A stretch of DNA of 64,000 bases from the human T2T-CHM13v2.0 reference genome, Homo sapiens: the NCBI RefSeq assembly GCF_009914755.1, contig NC_060935.1; one strand, given 5' to 3'. Below the pieces are notes generated by a model. That model saw nothing but the letters and a program-made list of their open reading frames with translations. It was not told the DNA's origin and did no database searches. Positions 56,020-64,000 of the stretch are shown here, in pieces. Made by a program: the position numbers and the translations under genes. The stretch's first letter is position 1, and each line of letters opens with the position of its first letter.

Positions 56020-56910
56020 CTGGGTTCACATGGACCTGGGTTAGAAAGCTGCCTCTAACATTTACTAGCAAGTGACTTCTCTATGCCTCTATTTTCTTAT
56101 CTGCAAAATCGGGAGAAAAATATTGTCCTCATCGAGTTTTTCTGAACCTTAAATGCAGAGATCTTATCAGAAAGTTCTTGGCCGTTGTCTCAGAAACTCA
56201 GAGTCTCTCCTGCTTTAGGGGCAACGAAAGTTCATTCACCTACCTGTACATCTGTCCGTCCATCTGTACGGGAGGCTGTCCATCTCACACAGGTCTACTG
56301 AGCACCCCCAATGTGTCAGGCATGGTGTCAAACACAAGCCAGCACTGGAGAGAAAATGGGCTGTGTGCTCAGAGTGTGACCAGGAGGCCCAGGCTCTGGG
56401 CTGCCCGAGCCCACGTGGCCAGGCTGGGAGGGGCTATGAAGGGAGGAGCATCAGGGAGGCTTCAGGAGCTGAGCTTTAAGGCCAGTAGGATGGGGAGAGG
56501 CCAGGTGACAGGAGGAGGATGGGAGAGAAGTCAGGGAATGGAGGCAAAGCACAGAGATGAGGGAAGACCTGCCATATTCTGCAGTGTTGCCCAGGTCCTA
56601 ATGATGAGAGATGCAGCTGTCAAGGAAGGTGGGAAGCTCACGCAGGGCCAGTATCTTGCTAAGGGACTAGAGGGTGGGGACTTCTGGGGGGTGCTGGAAA
56701 CTCAAAAGGTTTAAGCAGGTGAACAACAATTTCAGATAACTCCCAGGTGAGTGTGTAGACATTGGAACTGGAAACCCTGCAAGGTGGGGGCAGGGAGATA
56801 CTTTTATTGTTCCCTGTTTGCAGAAGTAGAAGTTGAGGCTTGAGAGGTGAAGAAGCTTGTGGGAGGTGTCACAGGCCTAGGTGTGGAGTGCGGCTTTAAG
56901 CCTTGGCTGT
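56020..56910. mobile_element. MIR / L2 / MIR cluster
   Basis: MIR cores at about 56080 and 56830; L2 antisense text 56230-56770. Confidence 0.65.
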
Positions 56911-56953
56911 TGGGCCCCTAGCACAGGCCCCCACCCAACTGCCCTGAGCACCT

Positions 56954-57394
56954 GCTGTAGGTTAAATCGTGTCTTTCAAAAAGATATGTTCATATCCTAA
57001 CCCCTGGTACCTTTGACTGTGACCTTATCTGGAAATAGCGTCTGTGCAGATGTAATCTTGAGATGAGATCATTCTGGGTTTAGGGTGGGCTCTAAATCCA
57101 ATGACTGATGTCCTTACAAGAGAAATGAAGGGAGACTTCAGGCAGACACAGAGGAGAAGGCCATGTGAAGATGGAGGCAGACATGGGTGATGCGCCTACA
57201 AGCCTGAGAATACCAGCACCAGAAGCTGGAGAGAGGCCTGGGGTGATTCTCTCAGAGCCTCCAGAAGGAACCACCCTGCTTTACACCTTCATTTCAGACT
57301 TCTGGCATCTGGAACTGCAAGAGAATGAATTATTGTTGTTCTAAGCCACCTGGTTTTTGATCATTTTTGTTAGAACAGCCCTAGGATATGAATC
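56954..57394 (+). mobile_element. MLT1C-like LTR
   Basis: gtgaccttatctggaaatag...aaatccaatgactgatgtcctta...gagcctccagaaggaacc. Confidence 0.9.
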
Positions 57395-57669
57395 TAGCCT
57401 CCAAAGCCCCCTCCTGGGGATAAGCCGGCCTCCTGGCCTGCCACAACTCCCGGAGTTTCCAGCCACTCAACAAGAAAGCAGGGAAGATTCTGAGCCCCAG
57501 ACCCAGGTGGGAGGATGGAGGGGCTCCTCCTCTTGCCTGCTCTCACCAGGAAAATTCCGCGATGTCACCTGCTTCTCCAGGGCATGATCTGAGCTCCTAC
57601 AAACAGAGAGATAGAGAGAGGCAGACAGATAGTCACCAGGCAGAGCAGGAGGGGCACCCTGTCTGGGGA

Positions 57670-57853
57670 CAGTGGCTCTGAAACCTTAGTGTCTAGAAGA
57701 GTCATCTGGAGCGCTTGAAATACATCCTTGAGCCCCCACCCCCAGCGGTTCTGATTCAGTCAGTGTGAGGTGGGGCCTGGGAATATGTATGTCTCCCCAG
57801 TTCCCAGCAACCTTGACACTGCTGGTTTGGGGACCACACTTTGAGTAGCACTG
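57670..57853. mobile_element. MER5 (hAT-Charlie MITE)
   Basis: cagtggctctgaaa...ttctgattcagt...ggaccacactttgagtagcactg. Confidence 0.85.
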
Positions 57854-59499
57854 TTCCAGGCAGAGGGGGCTACTTGGATAGAGGCTGGGAGAAAAGAGCA
57901 GAGGCGCAGTCTGGGCAGACAGCAGCTATCACGGAGCTTGGTAATGACGTTACAAGTGGGACAGGTCATGCGGAGGAGGGCAGGTGCTCGCCAAGGCCAG
58001 GATGGTAGCACCAGGGTCTGCCTGAGGGAAGGGGAGCCATGCATGGGCCAGCGCATACGGAACATAGAACTTGGGCAACCAAGTGGCAGATGGGGGCCTT
58101 CAGTCAAGGGCCTTGAGTGAACATGAAGGTCAGCGGCTGCCGACATGGGGGTTTAGAGAGGGAACCCCATCCTCAGGCCGGCGGGCGGGGGGTTGTCAGC
58201 TCACGAACATCAGTTCCCTCAACAGTGGCCCCATTATCCAAACTGGGTGCCAAAACTTTCTTAGAAACTCCAGCCTGCAACCTGCAGTGCCCAGGCTCAC
58301 AGGTGGACTTTGCTGAGAGAGGCCCAGATGCTGATACACTGAAACCGATCAAGAAGCTTGGAGGGCAAGCAGGCCCCATTCCCCCTTTGAGTTCTTCTCA
58401 AAAGAGAAGACTCCTTCCATCTGCAATGCCAGGCCCCAGCTTTGCCAATGCCGCCCACCCCCCATGGAGCCTGGCTGGGCCCAGAGTGCTTAATGCAGTA
58501 CGCAGGGCCCTCCACAGACCTTTCCCAGCTGGTAAGAGCTGTTTTCTTTTCCCCTCTAAGAGGTTTGTTCCTGGTCATAAATTCTGCAGGCCCGGTCGGC
58601 CAGACTAGGATGTACACGTTGGTAAACACTGTAGTTCAAAACACGCTTCACGCTTCACGGCTGAAAAAGGCAGCCCCGACAATGGAGCCTTGTCCCCGGC
58701 AGCAACTCTAACGGCCACCTTCTTTCATTCCTTAACCTTGCTGTGGGCTTGTATGAAATTGGTCCCATTCTCTGGGGTCCATCAAACGTGCATTTAAACG
58801 ACTTCATTAGCATCTTCCTCTGATCCATAACCACTGGGCAAATCCAAAAGTCATTTCGGTGAGGGCAGCCGCGGTTTTCTATCTGGTGAACATCTAAAAC
58901 TCCTTGACAAAGTTCCTTTTAAAATTTACTTCTTTTGTTCCGTCTTCGTCTTCTGTTGAGATCTTTAGTGGCCAATGTACTCCGAGATGACTTGGGGACA
59001 AAAATCCCGTCTGGCCCAGACAGTAAATCTAGCCTCCATTCAGACGGCTTAAATGCATGCTTTATGCCTATTGTCCCCGGCTCTCCAAAAGCTCCTGCGC
59101 CTTCAAGGGTTTCCTACAATAAATTAAGCCCATCCAAGACGGTGGAGGGAAAGAGGGCCTGCCTGGATGCTGTCGGAAGGCCAGGCTGGGCCGGGCCCCG
59201 ACACAGCCCACCCATCGCCCTGGACCTCTGGCCTCTAGGTATCTGGGATTCTCCTTTGTGAGAGGCAAAAAAAAAAAAAAAAACCCAACCAAAAAAAACC
59301 CCCAAAAAAACCCCAACTTGAAGTGGATTCAGCCACAATGTATTGGATGGTGAACACGAAGGGCAGGAGGAAGGGGGGGGGGTGGGGGTGGTAGGGAGGG
59401 GCCTGGTTCAGGCCCCACAGGCCCTAGGACGCTGGTGCCCTCTCCCCCTCTGGCCACACCCTCCAGGGCTCTGCTGACCCCTCCCCAGCTTCCCCCCTG

Positions 59500-59800
59500 C
59501 ATTCGTACCATGGCGGGAGCAGTGCAAGCCTCACGTCTAGTAGGAAGCAGCAGGAGTCTTTCCCAGCATTCCCCAACAAGAGTCTCATTGGCTGTGGTTG
59601 GGGCACATGACAGTCCCTGACCAATCACTGAGGCCTGGGTCTGATTGGCTAGGCTTGGGTCACATGGCCCACTTTTGGCCCAGTGGGTGAAGCCACTCTT
59701 GAAATGGATCCTGGCCAGGAGGAGTCCTCCTTATAGGAAAGTTGGGTTACGGTTCCCAGAAGAGGTGGGAAGGGATGCTGGGTAGCCAGAACTGACACTG
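59500..59800 (-). mobile_element. Old MaLR LTR (MLT1J/K-like)
   Basis: ctcattggc...tgaccaatcactg...ctgattggctaggcttgggtcacatg. Confidence 0.6.
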
Positions 59801-60369
59801 GCTGTGATCTCTAACCAAGGGCATTGCGTTTGTCCCACATTCCGAAATTCACAGTGGCAGGTGGTGGCTCAGAGGCTGGAACCTGGCCCTGAGAGACCCA
59901 TTGCCTTTCTCTGTTCTGTAACCTCTTCCCATAGAGATTTTTATCCTGTAACCCTGTGGTCATCACCATGCCTCCCATTTATGTGCAGTTCCTATGGGCT
60001 CCTGATGCTTTCCTGGATTTCTCCCAGGAGAGGCTGTTGGGTGTTGGGGTGTTGGGGAAGAGAATTAGTGTTCTGCAGTCTGGAGTTCACTGGTCTGCAG
60101 ACTGCTAAAAGTCTGGGGGCTGCGTCTGCCAGGGATAGTGGCTCTGGCTGGTATGGGGACCAAGGGCAAAAGGATCAGTGATTTCAGCAGATGCCTTTGA
60201 GCCCCGAGTCTCTGGCTGTGGACTAGTCCAGTAGAAAGAGTGTCTTGGAGTGTGGCAGAGTCCCAGTCCCCTGTCTTTCTTACTGTCAAAACCAAGGTTT
60301 GGGCAATCGATGATCTAGCTAAAAAAACGATGTTTTTCAGCCTGTCCTTTCTGGGCTCCTCCTGTCCCA

Positions 60370-63280
60370 AACACAGATGTGAAGCAATGTGCGAGAATTC
60401 CTATTCTACAATCGCTGTGTATATTTAACACTATGAAGCTTCTCTTTTTTGCCAGTCTGACGGATATGATGGGGCATCGCTTACTGCTTTCATTCCCATT
60501 TCCTTCATCATCATTGAGGTTGGTTGTAGTGTCTATTCTGGTTTCTTTCGCTATATTTTGACTCGTTGTATCCTTTGACCATGTTTTTAAAATTTGTAGA
60601 CATTTTTAATATATTCTAATACAAATCCTTTGTCAATTATAAGTATTGCATATATCTTCTTCTTTGTGCCTGTTCTCTTCATTTTTCCCACAGTATCTTT
60701 GGTCATACTAAAGTTTTTTTTGTTGTGTGTTTTTTTTTTTTTACATTTGATACAGTTAAATTAAATCTTGTTTTGATTGTACTTTTTGTGTTAGTTTAAT
60801 ACATAATTTCTTATCTTGGTGTCAGAAAGGCATTCTATCAGAATTTATTTTCAAATTGTATAGATTTTCCGTGTACAGTTTGGTCTTTGGCTCAACTGAA
60901 ATTTATTTCTTTTTGTAGGTGTAAGGAAAGGATATATTTTTATCTTGTTTTCCTTTGTAAAGCCATTTGTCCCCAATCCATGTATTGAATTCTTTTTCTT
61001 TTTTTTCTACAGATATATTCTTATATATTGTTTCCATAAAATTCCTCTCTATTTTGTCCCATCAATCTATTTATTCATGCACTAATACCACACAATTTTA
61101 ATTATGATAGTTTTACTGTTAATCTTTATCTTTGGTATGACTCTTTCTCACTCGTTCCTTCCTTCCCTACCTTCTTTTCCTCGTCTTCCTTTTTCAAGAC
61201 CTTCTTCCTGTTTTTAGCACCTTAATCATTCACATAAATTTTAGGATTACCTTGTTAAGTTTTATGAAATAATCTGTTGGAATTTTGGTTAGACTTGCCT
61301 TAATTCATACATTAACTGGAGTAGAATTGTCATCTTTACCATACTGAGTTCTACTCAGGAGCATGACATATCTCTTAATTTATTTAATGCTTCCTTTGTG
61401 TCTTTCCATGAAGATTTAGAATTTTCTCCATAGGTCTTGCATGTCTTTTGTTAGACTTCTTCCTAGGTGCCGCTCTTTATTTAATGCTATTTTAAGTGTT
61501 ATCTTTTTAAAGTTACTTTTTATGATTGTTGATGAATTAGAATGTAATTGAATCTACTTAGATTTTCTTACAAGAAAATAATTCACTGGTAAATAATGGC
61601 AAATAGACATAGTTAATTAAGTCAACAGAGAAATAGAATTTCAAAAAATATTCTATTAAGGACCAAATGGAACAAAAAAAAGGAAAGGATAAACATAGGG
61701 GAATATAAAAGAGAAGACAAATGGACCTAAATTCAACTATATATAAAATTATGCTAAAAAATTTAACATTCTGAGAGAGAGAGAGAGAGGAAGAAGACTC
61801 AACCTGCTGTCAACAAGAGACACATTTTAAGTATAAAGACACAGATAGATTGAAAGTAAATAGGTGGAAAATGATATACCATACAAACGATAAGCATAAG
61901 AAGGTTGGTTGAAGGGGTTATATTAAATCAGATAAAATAAACTTCTAGGCAAGGTGCAATAACTGGTATAAAGAGGAACATTTCATAAAAAACATAATAA
62001 CACATGTAATAAATTACTTAATAGCAAAGGGACATTCATAAGGAAGATACAATAGGCTATATATATATATCTGTTAATGGATCTTCAACATGAATGAAGC
62101 AAAATTTGACAAAATTGCAGGGTGAAAAAATATCCACAAATATGATTGGAAATTTTAGTACCTATCTGTCAGCAATTGATAGAACAACTAGACAGAAACT
62201 GAGAGAAGACATGGAAAAGCTAAGCATAAGTATCCTATTAACTGCCTTTGTTGAATTGATACTTATAAAAATCAACATCCCCAAGGAGAGAATACACACT
62301 TTTTTCATATTCATTATGATGGACTATATGCTGCACCATACATGAAAATTGTTACTGTTCTTGTCTTTTTCCCTCTGTGTATAATGTGTCTTTTTCTCTG
62401 GCTGCTTTCAAGATTTTCTCTTTATCACTTGTTTGATTACAATATGCCTTGGTGTAGTTGTCTTTACCTTTTATCCTGCGTGGGATTCCTTAGGCTTCTT
62501 GGGTCTGTGGGTTTAGAGTTTACATTATATTTGGAAAATTTTCAACCATTGTTTCTTCAGATATTTTTCCTGTCCCCTTTGTATTGATCATCTTATGCTA
62601 CATAAATATTTACCCCAAAACTTAGTGGCTTGAAACAATAAGCATATTATCTCACGCAGTGTTCTGTGGGTCAGAAATTTGGTAGAAGCTGAGCTGGGCA
62701 CCCCTGGATCAAGGTCTCTCATAATAAGTTTACAATCAAAGTGTTGGGCTGCAGACATCTAAAAGTAATAGTTCTTTCCCAGATGGGCCTGTTTAGAGGG
62801 CTGCTTGAGTGCTCTCATGACATGATGGAGGCTTCCCCAAGAATGAATGATTCAAGAGAGAATAAGACAGAAGCCACAATGTCTTTTATCGGCTTGCTTT
62901 CCTTTCTAGGAGTTTGCTTTGGTCAAGTTGGTTGATTGTGTTAAGTTGTCTGTGTTCCTCTTAATTTTCTGTGGAGTTGTTCTGCCAGTTAGTGAGAGAG
63001 AAGTGTTAAAATCTTTGCCTAAAATTGTGGATTTTTACATTTCTTTTTTCAGTTTTGTCTGTTTTTGCTTAGTGTGTTTTGAAACACTCTTATTCATTGC
63101 GTACACATTTAGAATGGTTATATCTTGGTTAAGTGACTTTAGCATTATGAAACATCCCTCTTTATATCTTTTTCCGTCCTTTTACTTTAACCTATGTGTA
63201 TATGTGTATTTAAAGTGGATTTCTTGTATACAGCACATAGCTGGGTGTTGATCTTTTATTCAGCCTGACAACATCCATGC
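60370..63280. mobile_element. Mixed-orientation old L1 block with an MLT1 LTR at about 62580-62890
   Basis: Antisense L1M 60370-61550 and 62345-63280; sense ORF2 endonuclease relic 61560-62345 (CCQQETHFKYKDTDRLKVNRWK). Confidence 0.8.
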
Positions 63281-64000
63281 AGAATTTTGATGGTGACTTA
63301 AACTTTCCTCTAAGTCAAAATTGCCACAATATGTTCTGTGTCACATTTTTTCAGGACTTCAGAGGATATGTCTCTCTAGAGGATGTGTCATCATTGCAAA
63401 TCCGTCCTCTGCAGTCAGCAGGGATGCTTCCATTTTATAGATGAGGGTATTGAGCTTCCACGAGGGGAGGTGAAGTACTTGAGTCCACTCCCACGGCCAC
63501 CAGAGGTTGAAGCACGACTCTCTGGCTCCTGGCCAGCCTTCCTTTTCCCATCACAGCTGCAGCTGTGGGGAAGGAGGATGATTCTGAACTGACCCTGTGG
63601 GTTGAGATGGAGACCTCCAGCTTCCTGGGAAGAGTTCTTCCTTCTTTGCAAAAATAAATGAATTGATATAGGCCATTTTGTATTCAAATTAGATTGGTCA
63701 GGGGCTATTTAAGCAACCACATCAGAAGGCTCATTTTCCCTTTTGACATTAAAGTGTCTTTTCCAGAAACTGTAGGAGGTGGGGTTTCCCTAGAATGAGT
63801 TGACAGCTTGTACCTATTGTTAAAAAAAGCAAAAAAAAGAAAAGCCTTGTACACCTCTTCCCACATCTTCAATGGTAACAGAATGAGCATAATCGAAAGA
63901 GGTTTGTGATGATTATTTTTTTTTTAAGAGAAAACACTCACAGCCTTCTGCCTGGTGTAAGGCTGAAATAGGGCAAAAGGGGAAACTGAGCATGAGCAGG

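Noticed and set aside
59580-59670. Repeated CTSATTGGCT...CACATG motif
   Set aside because: Appears intrinsic to the old MLT1 LTR
63690-63715. ATTGG plus CTATTTAAG as a CCAAT/TATA or MEF2 element
   Set aside because: Spacing too short for a CCAAT-TATA promoter and does not fit the MEF2 consensus YTAWWWWTAR
48900-64000. Possible second lncRNA (LINC01270 would be expected here if the locus guess is right)
   Set aside because: No exon structure could be supported from sequence alone; mostly L1 and LTR

Overview
Primate, almost certainly human, genomic DNA: GC-rich, repeat-dense and intergenic, with no credible canonical protein-coding gene. The long ORFs in the track are translations of Alu, L1 or simple repeats, or chance GC-rich frames. 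Roughly half the window is transposable elements: about 16 Alus, MIR/L2, MaLR LTRs (MLT1, THE1), MLT2, old L1M blocks, hAT relics (Zaphod-type, MER33, MER5) and a full-length piggyBac MER75. There are also several large simple repeats. A spliced, polyadenylated + strand lncRNA can be modelled at about 23.7-36.0 kb. Its span and layout resemble my recollection of PELATON/LINC01272 (formerly SMIM25) near CEBPB on 20q13; this is unverified and needs BLAT. The most striking unexplained structure is a 25-unit, 20/21-bp minisatellite (43485-44001) carrying 11 exact SMAD3/4 CAGA boxes about two helical turns apart, a natural analogue of the synthetic (CAGA)12 TGF-beta reporter. Other notable items are a DR1-DR4-DR1 nuclear-receptor array created by a 17-bp duplication, a (GGAA)16 microsatellite beside a CArG/E-box element, a CpG-retaining MER75, two Zaphod ends each carrying an Alu at the same site, and a 46-aa spliced sORF. 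Repeat subfamily calls and boundaries were made by eye and are approximate.
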